NCBI RefSeq assembly: GCF_004010195.1
Contig: NC_057758.1
Span: 1-46,301, forward strand
Length of the DNA stretch: 46,301 bases
Source: Chiloscyllium plagiosum
Lineage: Eukaryota
Direction of reading: 5' to 3'
Made by a program: the position numbers and the translations under genes. The number at the start of each line of letters is the position of its first letter. Position 1 is the stretch's first letter. The notes under the pieces were generated by a model, which saw only the letters and a program-made list of their open reading frames with translations, had not been told where the DNA came from and did not search any database. Shown here piece by piece: positions 1-12,165 of this stretch.

Positions 1-3000
1 TTTTTCAGATATAGAATAACATACAGGCGGGAGTGTGTTACAGACCGGAGTCAACTCCAGGCATTTGGAATGCTTTACATACAGAATTACAGATGCCCGG
101 GTGTGAGTTACAGCCTTGAATCTAATCGTGGGGGGGTGGTGCAAGCTGATTTATATATACAGTAACAGATACCTGGGGACGAGTTACAAGCTGGAACCTA
201 ATCGAGAGGTTGGGGTGGTTTATATAAAGAACAACAGATACCCAGGACTGAGCTACAAAGTGTAAGCTAACTGAGCGCTTCAGATGGTTTATATTCAGAA
301 CAACAGATACCCGAGAGTGGCTTCCAGATTGAAATCTAATTGTGGAGTTCAAGGTTGCTTCAACATAGAATATCAGATATCAGGGAGTGAGTTAGAGCCT
401 GGAATCTAATCGAGAGGTTCAGGGTGGTTTATAGACAGAATAACAGATATCCGGGAGGGTGTTACAGACTGGAAGCTAATCGAGAGTTTCAGGGAGCCTT
501 ATATTTAGAGTAACAGATACCTAGGAGTGAGTTATAGACTGAAATCTAATCTAAGGGTTTTTATAGAGACTAACAGAAACCCAGGAGTGATTTACAGACT
601 GGAATCTAATCGAGGGGATTGGGGGTGGTTTATTTAGAGAATAACAGATACTCGGGAATGAGTTATACACTGGAATCTAATCAAAAGGTTAAAATACAGA
701 CTATCAGATACCTGGAGTGAGTTACAGACTGGAATGTAATCGAGGGGTTCAGGGTGGTTTATATATAGAATAACAGATACTTGGGAGTGCGTGACTGACT
801 GGAATCTAATAGAGGGCCTCAGGATGGTTTATATATAGAATAACAGATACCCAGGAGTGAGTTACAAACTGGAATCTAATTGAGGGTTTCAGGGTGGTTT
901 ATATACAGAATAACAGATACCTAGGAAAGAGTTACAGACTGGAATCTAACTGAGGGCTTCAGGGTGGTTTATGTACAGAATAACAGATACTCAGGAATTA
1001 TTTGCAGACTGAAATCTAATTGTGGCATTCAGGGTGGTTTAAACATAGAATATCAGATATCCGGGAGTGAGTTACTGACAGGACTGTCATCGACGGGTTT
1101 AGGGTGTTTTGTACGTAAAATAAGACATGCCAGCGAGTGTTTTGCAGAATGGAATCTAATTGAGAGGTTTGGTGTCGTTAACACATTCAATAACAGATAC
1201 CTGGGAATGATTCACAGACTAGAATCTAATCCAGGAATTTGTGGTACTTTATATAACGAATAAAAGATACCTGGGAATCGTTACAGCCTGGAATCTAATG
1301 AAGTGTTTCAATGTCACTTAAACACAGAGTAACAGATCATAGGATTTTATTACAGCCTGGAATCGAATCGATAGATTCAGCGTCATCTATAGATGGGAGT
1401 GGGTGAAAGACTGAAATCGAATCGAGAGGTTTGGGATGGACGAGAGATAAGATAACAGATACCTGTGAGTGAGTTACAGACCGGACTCTAATCTAGATGT
1501 TCAGGGTGGTTTATGTACAAAATAACGCATACACGTAACAGAATGGATTCTAACTTAAATATTCAAGATGTTTTATGCATCGTATAACAGATACCCAGAC
1601 TGAAATCTCATCTTGAGGTTCAGGATGGTTGATATATAGAAAAACATACAGGGTGGAATGAGTTAAAGACTGTGATTTATTCGAGGTGTTCAGAATCATT
1701 TATTTGTAGAAAAACAGATATGCGAAGGTGAGTTACAGAATGAGAACATAATCGAGTGGTTCAGTGTGGCATATACACAGACGAACAGATACCCGGGTAT
1801 GAGTTACAGTCTGGAATCTAAACGAGGTATTCAGGGTGGTTTATATACAAAATAACAGATACGCGGGAGGGAGTTACAGACTGGAATCTAATCGAGGGGT
1901 TCAGGGTGGTTTATATATAGAATAACACGTACCCGGGACAGAGTAACAAACTGGAATCTAATTGAGGGGTTCGGGGTGGTTTATATACAAAATAAAAGAT
2001 ACCCGGGAGGGAGTTACAGACTGGAATCTAATCGAGGCGTTCGGGGTGGTTTATGTACAGAATAACACGTACCCGAACTGAGTAACAGATTGGAATCTAA
2101 TCGAGGGGTTCAGGGTGGTTTATATACAAAATAATCGATACCCGGGAGGGTGTTACAGACTGGGATATAATCGAGGCGTTCGGGGTGGTTTATGTACAGA
2201 ATAACACGTACCCGAACTGAGTAACAGATTGGAATCTATTCGAGGGGGGTGGGGTGGTTTATACACAGAATTAAAGATACCTGGGAGTGCGTTACTGACT
2301 GGAATCCAATCGAGGGGTTTGGGGTGGTTTATATACAGAATTACAGATACCCGGAAGTGAGTTACAGACTGGAATCTAATCGAGGGGTTCAGGGTGGTTT
2401 ATATACAGAATTACAGATACCCGGGAGTGAGTTACAGACTGGAATTCAATCGAGGGGTTCGTGTGGTTTATATACAGAATTGCAGATACCCAGGAGGGAG
2501 TTACAGACTGGAATCTAATCGAGGGGCTCGGGGTAGTTTATATACACAATTAAAGATACCTGGGAGTGAGTTACAGGCTGGAACCTAATCGAGGGGTTCG
2601 GGGTGGCCTATATACAGAATAACACGCACCCAGGACTGAGTAACAGACTGGAATCTAATTGAGGGGTTCGGGGTGGTTTATAAACAGAATAACAGATACC
2701 CGGGAATGAGTTACAGACTGGAATCTAATCAAGGGGTTCGGGGTGGTTTATATACAGAATTAAAGACACCTGGGAGTGAGTTACAAACTGGAATCGAACC
2801 GAGGAGCTCGGGATGGTTTATTTACAGAATTAAAGATACCTGGAAGTGAATTACAGACTGGAATCTAATCGAGGGGTTCAGGGTGGTTTATATACAGAAT
2901 AACAGATACCCGGAAGGGAGTTACAGACTGGAATCTAATCGAGGGGTTCGGGGTGGTTTATATACAGAATTACAGATACCTGGGAGTGAGTTACAGACTG

Positions 3001-6000
3001 GAATCTAATCGAGGGTTTCGGGGTGGTTTATTTACAGAATTAAAGATACCTGGGAGTGAGTTACAGACTGGAATCTAATCGAGGAGCCCGGGGTGGTTTA
3101 TTTACAGAATTAAAGATGCCTGGGAGTGGGTTACAGACTGGAATCTAATCGAGGGGTTCAGGGTGGTTTATATACAGAATAACAGATACCCGGGAGGGTG
3201 TTACAGACTGGAATCTAATCGAAGGGTTCGGGGTGGTTTATATACAGAATTACAGATACCCGGGAATGAGTTACAGACTGGAATTCAATCGAGGGGTTCG
3301 TGTGGTGTATACACAGAATTACAGATACCCGGGAGGGAGTTACAGACTGGAATCTAGTCGAGGGGTTCGGGGTGGTTTATTTACAGAATTACAGATACCC
3401 AGGAGGGAGTTACGGACTGGAATCTAATTGAGGATTTCGGGGTGGTTTATATACAGAATTACAGATACCCGGGAGGGAGTTACAGACTGGAAGTGTGGCT
3501 CATATGCACAATCGCTTATACCTGGGAGTGATTGAGGAGGTCAAGATAGTGTATTTACAGAATATTAGTTACGCAGGGTTGCGTTACATACTGGAATTTA
3601 ATTGTGGCCCTCCAGATGATTTAAAACTTGAATTCAACACACCTGGGAGTTTTTCATGCAGACTGTAATCTAATGGTGGGATTTATGCTGATTTATATCC
3701 CGAATATATCAGGATAATCTACGCATTCAGTGTTTGGAATGACAGTTACCCAAGAATGAGTTACAGGCTGTTTTCGAACTGATTGTTCAAGATTATTTAT
3801 ATATCGAATAAAAGAAATGCAGCAGTGATTTACAGGCGAGAATGTAATCGAGGGGTTCAATGGTGGTTTCGTTATAGGATAACAGATGTCTGGGATTGAT
3901 GTTATAAACTGGAATCCAATCGAAGGGTTCACCATGGTTTATATTTCGAATAACAGGTACCAGGAAGTGAGGTACAGTCTGGAACCTAATGCAGTGTTTC
4001 AGACTCTTTTCTATACAGAATACCAGTTACCCGATGTGAGTTGCAGACTGGGATCTAATCGAGAGGTTTCCAGTAGTTTATGTACAGGAGAACAGACACC
4101 TGGGAATGAGTTACAGACTGGAATCTAATTGAGAGGTTTGTGGTGGTTTATATACCGAATAACAGGTACCCAGAAGGCGGTTACAGACTGGTCGAGGATG
4201 CAAGGTGATTTATATATAATAACAGATACCCAGGAGTGAGCTACACACTGGAATCAAATGGAGGGGTTGTGGTCGTTTATACACTGAATAAAAGATACCT
4301 GAGAGTGACTTCCAGACTGTAAACCTTTCGAGGTGTTTAAGGTGGTTTATATATAGAAAAACAGATGCCCAGGAATGAATCAAAAACAAACTAATCAACC
4401 TGTTCAAGGTGGTGTTCAGTGTGGTTTATATATAGAATACCAGATGCCCAGGAATGAGGTACAGACTGGTACCTACCGCAATGCTTCAGGCTGTTTTATA
4501 TATAGAATACCAGTTATCTGGAAGTGAGTTACAGACTGGGATATAATCGAGGTATTCAGAATGGTTCATGCAAAGATTAACAGATACCTGGGAGTGAGTT
4601 ACAGACTGGGATCCAGTCGAGCTGTTTAGTGTTGCTTAGATAGAGAATAAACGATGCTTAGGAGTGAGTTAAAGACCAAAGTCTAATCGATAGGTTCGAG
4701 GTGGTTTACATATAAAATAACACATCGCTGGGAGTGTGTTACAGACTGGAATCTAACTGAGGCTCTAAGGATGAGTTACGTTTAGAATAGCACATACACA
4801 GTAATGAGTTACAGACTGGAATTTAATTGCTGCATTCAGGATGGATTAAAATGCGATAGCAGATACCCTGGGTGTATTTTGTCTTTACAGAGAAGAGTCT
4901 AATGTTGGGATTTATGACGATTTAAACATCGAATATCATATATCTGGGAGTGAGTGACAGACTGGAATATAACCGAGGGTCTTGTGGTTTCGATGCAGAA
5001 TAATAGAACTTTGGAAGTGGGTACAGACTGGAATCTAATCAGGTTGCCTTTACATATAGTATAACAGATACCTAAGAGGGAGTTGCAGGCTGATTTGTTT
5101 TCAAGTGGTTCATGGTGGTTTCGGTTAAGAATAACAGCTCCCTGGCAGTGATGTACAGACAGGAATCTAATCGAGGGATTTGGCATGGTTTATATACAGA
5201 ATAGCAGGGACCAGCGAGTGAGGTACAGATTGGAATCCAATCGATGGGGTTGGGGTGGTTTAGATATCGAACAAAAGATAACTGAGAGTGACTTACAGAG
5301 TGCAATCGAACCGAGAAGTTCAGGATGGTTTATGCATGCAATAACAGATACCCAGGATTGAGTTACAGACTGGAATCTAGGCAAATGTACAGAGTGTTTA
5401 ATACAAAGAATAACAGGTACCTTGTATTGTACAAGTACGAGTTACAGACTGGACTCTATTAGAAGGGTTCAGGATGGTTGATACATAGAATAACAGATCC
5501 TGGGAAATGGTTACAGTCTGAAATGCAATGGAAGTGCTCTGGATTGTTATGATATAGAATAAGACATAGCTGGAATTGAATTACAGACTGGAATCTAATC
5601 GAGGCGTTCAAGTTGGTTAACACAGAGAATAATGGATACTTGAGAGTGAGTTCCAAACTTGAATCTCATTGAGATGTTCTGCGCGTTCGATATAAGGAAG
5701 AACAAATACTCAGGAATAAGTACATACTGGAATCAAATGAAGGGGTTTCGGATAATTGATAAAGTGAATACAGATATCCATAAATAAGTTGCGCAACATA
5801 AATTAATTGGTGGATATGGGGTGGTGTATAGGCAGAATAACAGATACCCAGGAGAGAGTTGCAGACTGGAATGTAATGCAATATTGTAGGTTGTTTATAT
5901 AACAGATAACAAGGATTGATTTACAGACTGAAGTCTAATCGAATTACTCAGAGAGGTGTATATATAGAATGACAGATGCGCAGGAGTGAGTTACAGTCGA

Positions 6001-6690
6001 GACCAAATGAGGTGTTCAGGCTGGTTTATACGTAGAATAACAGATAACTCAGAAGTGAGGTACAGACTGGAATCCAGTCGAGATGTGTGGGATGGTCTAC
6101 ATATAGAATAACAGGTACTTTAGTTTGAGTTACAACTGGAATCTATCGAGGGGTGAGGATTGTTTGCACAGAATAACAGATTCGAATAGACTGGAATCAA
6201 ATGAAAGGTTTCAGGATCATTTATAAAGAGATACTCAGAAGTGCGTTGCAGAACAGAATCGAATAGAGGAACACTGTGTGTTTTTTTTTAATACAGAATA
6301 ACAGCTACGCCTGAGTAAGTTACAGACCGGAATCTAGCTAAGGGTTTCAGGGTGCATTATATACAGAGAGGTTCAGAATGGTTTATATAGAGAATAACAG
6401 ATACCCGGGAGGGAGTTACAGACTGGAATCTAATCGAGGTGCTCGGTGTGTTTTTGTCATGTATAATAGATTCCCAAAATTATTAGGAGACTGGACTTTA
6501 ATCGTGGCTTCTGTGTGACTTTATATACAGAATAATAGGCACGGGAGTGAGTTACAAATTGGAATGTAATCGAAATGTTTAGGGTGGATTTTGTACAGAA
6601 TAATAGATACCTGGGATTGCGTTACACCTTTGAATGAAATTAATGTGTTTCGTTGATGTATATATAGAATAACAGATACCCAGGAATCAA
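1..6690. repeat. 70-bp tandem satellite array (~95 units by length; runs off the left edge of the window)
   Basis: Unit GAGTTACAGACTGGAATCTAATCGAGGGGTTCGGGGTGGTTTATATACAGAATAACAGATACCCGGGAGT (70 nt) repeats head-to-tail, e.g. from 1801, 1871, 1941 and 2011. It is near-perfect at ~1800-3490 and degenerate on both flanks. Confidence 0.97.
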
Positions 6691-6694
6691 TTAC

Positions 6695-6776
6695 CCTGCT
6701 CCTCAGGTGCTAACTGACCTGCTGTGCACCACACTCCCGACTCTGATCTCCAGCATCTGCATTCCTCAGTTTCTTC
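6695..6776 (+). mobile_element. Penelope-like element terminal (pLTR) fragment
   Basis: CCTGCTCC..GGTGCT..CTGACCTGCTGTG..CTCTGATCTCCAGCATCTGCATTCCTCA matches the terminal repeat at 39445-39530 and the reverse complement of 40815-40902. Confidence 0.7.
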
Positions 6777-6779
6777 TTA

Positions 6780-8230
6780 TGCTCTTAACAGCCGATTCAT
6801 GTGTCTTACTAAGCATCTTCTCCACCCATTTAAAATGACACGCTGCACTTAGCAGCTCATAAATCTGTCAAACTGCGCAAACAGACATTGAACATCAACT
6901 CTAGATATGATCCCAGGAGTGGATTGAGTAATGTTGGATAGAATTTTGTGGTAACAGCTCATAAGCGTTTCAAATGTAGTGCGAAGGTCTTCAACAACAA
7001 TTTAAATAGTAATCTGCCGTGAAAGGTCATAGATCTGTCAAATTAAGCAATTTAAAAACCTAATCATGAAGCACACTAGCATTCGAGATGGTCAGCACAC
7101 ATATACTTTTAATCGCCGTTTAGATTCGTAGAAAAGACTTTTACAGCTCATGAAAAATGTCATAATAAGCAAATAGAGCATTACTAGTCTCCTAAAATAG
7201 CACAGATTTCACTCACGCAGAAAATGCCATAACGCTCATAAATATGTCAAATTAAGTAAACAGGCGGAGATCATTTATTAAAACTAGCATTTTGCTCTCA
7301 ACAACTCGTAAGGCTGCCAGATGTTCTCCACAGATCTTCAATACCGACTTAAAATAGGATAATGCTCTTATAAACTTATATATCTGTCAAATAAAGAGAC
7401 AGACGCCCATCGCCCACTGAACAGAGCAAACTTCTTGAACACTTCATAAATCTGTCAGGTTGAACAAACGGAAAATCAAAACTCACTTGAGAGAGGAGAT
7501 TGTTTGTAACAGTTTGCAAATCTATCGAATTTAACAAATAGAAATTTACTGTCCAATAAAAATAGCACACAGATCTTGAAATCTCAAAATCTGTGAATTT
7601 AAGCAACCGGAATTTCAAGACCCATGTAAGATTCTACCCCCACCCCTCTTTTAACAGCTCTGAAATACCTTAAATGAAGTTGACAGTCCATCAACACTCC
7701 TTTAAGTTGACATTCCGGTAATAACAATTTACCGACGTGTCAGATTTAGCAAACAAATAGACCCACACACTTAAAATTTCCTAATGCTTTCAACAGCTCA
7801 GACATCTTTCAAAGTAAACGAAAAACAAACATATAAATCCACATTAAAAATGTACAATTACTCAGTGATCACACATCTATCATATTTACTGAGCATCTAT
7901 GTTCAAACTCCATTGAAGATAGGATAATGCACTTTAAAGATCATCAGTCTGTCAGATGTCGCATTCAGACCATCATCATGCACTTAACTTAAAATAAGTT
8001 AACAGATCATAAATTTTCCCACTTAAGCAAGCTGAACTTCAACACCCATGCAGATTATCAGACCTGTCTCATGAGCCTCATAAATACATCAAATTAAGAA
8101 AAGAGATTTTTAAACCGCTATGCAACAACATATTACAATAATTATGGGCTCACGAAATTGTCACGTTAATATACAGATCTTCAACAACCCTTAAATGAAT
8201 CATGCTGCACATAAATCTATCAAATTAAGA
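6780..8230. repeat. Second, highly degenerate AT-rich ~70-bp tandem repeat (~20 units)
   Basis: A TAACAGCTCATAAATCTGTCAAATTAAGCAAA-like motif recurs at about 7229, 7298, 7368, 7437, 7506, 7578, 7650, 7720, 7790, 7933, 7999, 8070, 8143 and 8205. A second motif, ACAGATCTTCAACACCCATTTAAAAT, recurs in phase with it. Confidence 0.8.
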
Positions 8231-8231
8231 T

Positions 8232-8251
8232 GTTCACTGCGTCTCTTGCAG
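8232..8251 (+). promoter_or_regulatory. Candidate splice acceptor ahead of the perforin coding exon
   Basis: GTTCACTGCGTCTCTTGCAG (AG at 8250-8251) lies 30 nt upstream of the ATG at 8282, where the AT-rich repeat gives way to GC-richer coding sequence. Confidence 0.5.
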
Positions 8252-8281
8252 AGTCGCTGTCAGACCCAACAGTCGAGAAAA

Positions 8282-9921
8282 ATGCCATCCGTGCATTCCA
8301 AAGAGGGCACCACTTTTCTCTTTCTCTGCCTGGTCTTCCGGAGTGCCCTGAGCGCCTGCACCAACTGACGTGTGTTGCAAATTCTGATTTGTGCCTGGGG
8401 CGTGGCTGGCGGGGCAGGTCTACGACGTGGTGACCCTGCAGCCCATGGGGGCCTTTGTCATCGATGTGAACAACTGGCGCATGGGTACTGGGAGCTGCAT
8501 CCTTTGTGACAATGAACTACTGAATGGCGTGCTGCCTGTGTCAGTCGAGGACTGGCGCACACCGGGCTCTTGCCAGCGTTCGCTCTCCAGTCGGCTTTAC
8601 CAATCGGCAGCCAAGTTGTCAGAGTCCGCCACCTCCTCCATCCAAGAACGACTGGCGTGCGGACATTCCAGTGGTAACGCTCAAAGTTGGTGCCCAGATG
8701 GTGCTGGCTGGATCCCAATCCAAGATGGTGGAGTTTGGCAACATCCGCTCCCAGAGTGATTGCTACAGTTTCGCCAGTCACCAGTTCCAATGCCGCCACT
8801 ACCAGTATCGTGTGAAGGACAAGCCCCTCATGTCTCCCGATTTCCAACACCCTCTCCAGTCTCCCAACCAGTTCTGTCAGTCACGACAAGGACCCCTACC
8901 AGAAGCTGGTGGCGACCTACGGTACCCACTACCTCACGGCAGTGGAGCTGTGTGGGCGTTATAAGGATGTGACGGCTATTCGGACGTGCGAGGCAGCATT
9001 CGAGGGCTACACCGCCGTGGAGGTGAAGGACTGCCTGTTGTGGGGGCTAGTGTCACAGTGGGGCAGACCACCACAAGCTCGCAGAGCTACAAGCGATGCC
9101 AGGAGGAGGCGAGGTCCATGAAACTCCACAAGAACTTCCAGCAGGCCTTCAGTGACCGGGAGACGGAGGTGACAGGGGGCCATGCCAGCCAGGGCGTCGA
9201 CCCGTTCTTCTCTGGGGACAAATCGGCCTTCACCCGCTGGACGGACAGCCTGCTCACCTCCCCGGGCCTTGTACACTACGCCCTAGCGCCACTCCACCAC
9301 CTGCTGCCCGCTGGCGACCCCAGGCAGAAGAACGTGCGGCGCTACTTTGGCGAATACATCATGGGCAAAGCCCTCTCCCAGAAATGTGGTACAGGCAATC
9401 CGTGCCCTCACGGGTCCTACCGTGACACGAGCCAACCCTGGTCCTGCCTGTGCCGCGAGTACTGCCGCGTGGACCGGAACTGCTGTTCCAAGGTTAAGGG
9501 GTTGGGCCGCCCCGGTGGTCAGTGTCAAGGAGGGCCAGGAACTTTGGGGGGGACTACTTCGAGAGCACCGACGGCTACGTGGTGATCAAGTATGGCGAGG
9601 CGCAGACCAGGACAGCTGTGATCTCAGGCAACAATTACCCCAAGTGGAACGCCAGGCTGGACCTGGGTGAGGTCAAGGCCGAGAGCGGGCACAAGCTGAC
9701 GTTCGAAGTCTGGGATAATGACAGTCCAAAAAGCGATGAACTCCTGGGCAAGTGGCAGGTCAGACTGACCTCCGGCACCCACAGCGAGGTCTGCTTCCTC
9801 AACTATGGCCAAGTGACCTCCGACTACACCTTCACCTGCGGCCTGCACCTGGGTGGTGCCAACCTGCCAGGATTACAGGCCCGGCCCTGGCAGTGTCCCC
9901 TTCACCACTGCCCTGGGTTGA
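8282..9921 (+). pseudogene. prf1: Perforin-1-like pseudogene (signal peptide, MACPF, EGF-like, C2), single coding exon, about 7 frameshifts
   Basis: Stitched frames give MPSVHSKEGTTFLFLCLVFRSALSAC (signal-like, then TGA at 8366); VPGAWLAGQVYDVVTL..AFVIDVNNW..C..C; LPVSVEDWR; LAGSQSK..YSF; YGTHYLTAVELCG (MACPF signature); KDCL; FSDRETEVTGG; W..SL..PGLVHYALAPLHHL; a Cys-rich EGF-like region; a C2 domain GDYFESTDGYV..NNYPKWN..VWDND..DELLG; and HLGGAN/CQDY ending at TGA 9919-9921. Frame changes occur near 8370-8390, 8645, 8880, 9040, 9510, 9545 and 9864. Confidence 0.93.
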
Positions 9922-10185
9922 AACAACCGCACCTTCCTTCTCAACACACGCTGGCCCACCAACTGCTCCAAATCGCCATAAACACTTAATCTAATTTCCC
10001 TGACCTTTACCTCTGACAGTGTCTTTACCGGACAGTATCCCCGCTATCACCATTGCAGCATTGTAAGCGCCGTACAACGTGAGATGCTCTATGTCATTAC
10101 ATCGAAAAGGTTTGAAGGCTTTTTTCCAACCACGGAAGCAGCTCAGTGCACAAGAAGGTGCATTTGTATAGTCTTTCACTTTCTC

Positions 10186-10309
10186 AATAAATCTAACTAT
10201 GCATTTAGCCTGTTTAATGTGATCTGTCTGCACGGGGCACACTCGGTCAGCGAGCTTGTGGAGTGCTGTGGGGCTGTACATAATGGACATGGGGGCGGGG
10301 GGGAATAAA
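10186..10309 (+). promoter_or_regulatory. Candidate polyadenylation signals for the perforin-like gene
   Basis: AATAAA at 10186-10191 and 10304-10309, downstream of the 9921 stop. Confidence 0.35.
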
Positions 10310-10410
10310 AGAAAAAAGTATCCTTGAGCAATTACACATCAAGAAAAGACAACTGAAACACATTGGTTACAACGGATGAATTTGAGCACAGGACAAATGA
10401 AGCTGTGATA

Positions 10411-11502
10411 CATAGAACATAGAACATACAAAAATACAGCGCAGTACAGGCCCTCGATGTTGCGCCGATCCAAGCCCACCTAACCTACACTAGCCCACTA
10501 TCCTCCATATGCCTATCCAATGTCCACTTAAATGCCCATAAAGAGGGAGAGTCCACCACTGCTACTGGCAGGGCATTCCATGAACTCACGACTCGCTGAG
10601 TAAAGAATCTCCCCCTAACATCTGTCCTATACCTACCACCCCTTAATTTAAAGCTATGCCCCCTCGTAATAGCTGACTCCATACGTGGAAAAAGGTTCTC
10701 ATGGTCAACCCTATCTAAACCCCTAATCATCTTGTACACCTCTATCAAGTCACCCCTAAACCTTCTTTTCTCCAATGAAAACAACCCCAAGTGCCTCAGC
10801 CTTTCCTAATACGATCTTTCTACCATACCAGGCAACATCCTGGTAAAACTCCTCTGCACCCGTTCCAGTGCCTCCACATCCTTCCTATAGTATGGCAACC
10901 NNNNNNNNNNNNNNNNNNNNNNNNNNNNNNNNNNNNNNNNNNNNNNNNNNNNNNNNNNNNNNNNNNNNNNNNNNNNNNNNNNNNNNNNNNNNNNNNNNNN
11001 NNNNNNNNNNNNNNNNNNNNNNNNNNNNNNNNNNNNNNNNNNNNNNNNNNNNNNNNNNNNNNNNNNNNNNNNNNNNNNNNNNNNNNNNNNNNNNNNNNNN
11101 NNNNNNNNNNNNNNNNNNNNNNNNNNNNNNNNNNNNNNNNNNNNNNNNNNNNNNNNNNNNNNNNNNNNNNNNNNNNNNNNNNNNNNNNNNNNNNNNNNNN
11201 NNNNNNNNNNNNNNNNNNNNNNNNNNNNNNNNNNNNNNNNNNNNNNNNNNNNNNNNNNNNNNNNNNNNNNNNNNNNNNNNNNNNNNNNNNNNNNNNNNNA
11301 CCGCACTATTTATCTGGGTGGCAACTTTCAGAGATCTGTTTACATGGACACCAAGATCCCGCTGCTCATCCACACTCCCAAGTATCCGACCATTAGCCCA
11401 GTACCCCGTCTTTTTGTTACTCTTACCAAAGTGAATCACCTCACACTTACCTACATTGAACTCCATTTGCCATCTTTCTGCCCAGCTCTGCAACTTATCT
11501 AT
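10411..11502 (-). mobile_element. CR1/HER1 LINE, 5'-truncated, young copy spanning a gap
   Basis: (CATAGAA)n tail at 10411. ORF2 C-terminus LFSLEKRRFRGDLIEVYK..TRGHSFKL..FFTQRVV..WNALP. WQMEFNVGKCEVIHFG..EQRDLGV lies beyond the gap. Confidence 0.93.
10901..11299. other. Assembly gap
   Basis: Run of N. Confidence 1.
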
Positions 11503-12057
11503 ATTGATACATTGATGCAACAGCTGGTCAAGGATCAGCTTAACTTCCTCACGAACATAATAATATCTACGAAAAAGATACATTGAAGAAAATGCGCAGA
11601 TGCTTGCGCCCATCGTGATTGTAGAGAGTGGGAGTGAAATGGAAGGTGTTCCAATGCATTACATGAGGAAAGTGTAGGAGCTAGCTGGAAGGGAATTTGC
11701 TCCCTTCGATTTGTGTGGGATGGGGGTGCATGTGAAGGGAGTTTGTCCCATTTGGAATTGTTAGACCGGGGTTGGAAACAAAGTGGCTTCAGACCATTGG
11801 GTTTGAGAGGTGTGGGAATGAACTGGAATGAGTTGGAATCAATTGGGATTAATGCAGTGTAGGCGTGAACGGGGAAGGGTTTGGATTAATTGGGATTGCG
11901 TAGAACAACAGCAAAGAGAAACGCATTGGGTCCATTGCGATCATGTAGAATAAGAATGCACAAGAAGGAGTTTGGTTAATTAGGATGACATAGAATTGGA
12001 GTGAGCAGGAAATGGCTTGGGTCCGTTGGGATTGTGCGGAGCGTCTGAGAACAGGAA

Positions 12058-12165
12058 TGAAACAAAAGCCAAAGTTGATGGAATAGCTCAGCAGGTCTGG
12101 CAGCATCTGTAAGAAGAAATCAGAGTTAACATTTTCGGTCTGGCAATCCTTCCTCAGAAATAGAA
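12058..12165 (-). mobile_element. Penelope-like terminal fragment (second subfamily) with degenerate hammerhead core
   Basis: The minus strand reads CTGAGGA-AGGATTGCCAGACC-GAAAATGTT-AACTCTG..GATGCTGCCAGACCTGCTGAG. Confidence 0.65.

Noticed and set aside
122..5881. Many short ORFs such as MVYIQNYRYPG..
   Set aside because: They are translations of the 70-bp satellite; the unit is not a multiple of 3 and stops recur.
6780..8230. CRISPR-like look (conserved ~30-bp motif plus variable stretch, ~70-bp period)
   Set aside because: The repeats are far from identical, the supposed spacers are homologous to each other, there are no cas genes and the context is vertebrate.
8282..9921. Functional perforin CDS
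   Set aside because: An early stop and multiple frameshifts in the sequence as given; no frame covers a whole MACPF domain.
10791..11613. Long ORFs containing X runs (also at 35860-37941 and 40933-41407)
   Set aside because: Artefacts of translating through N gaps.
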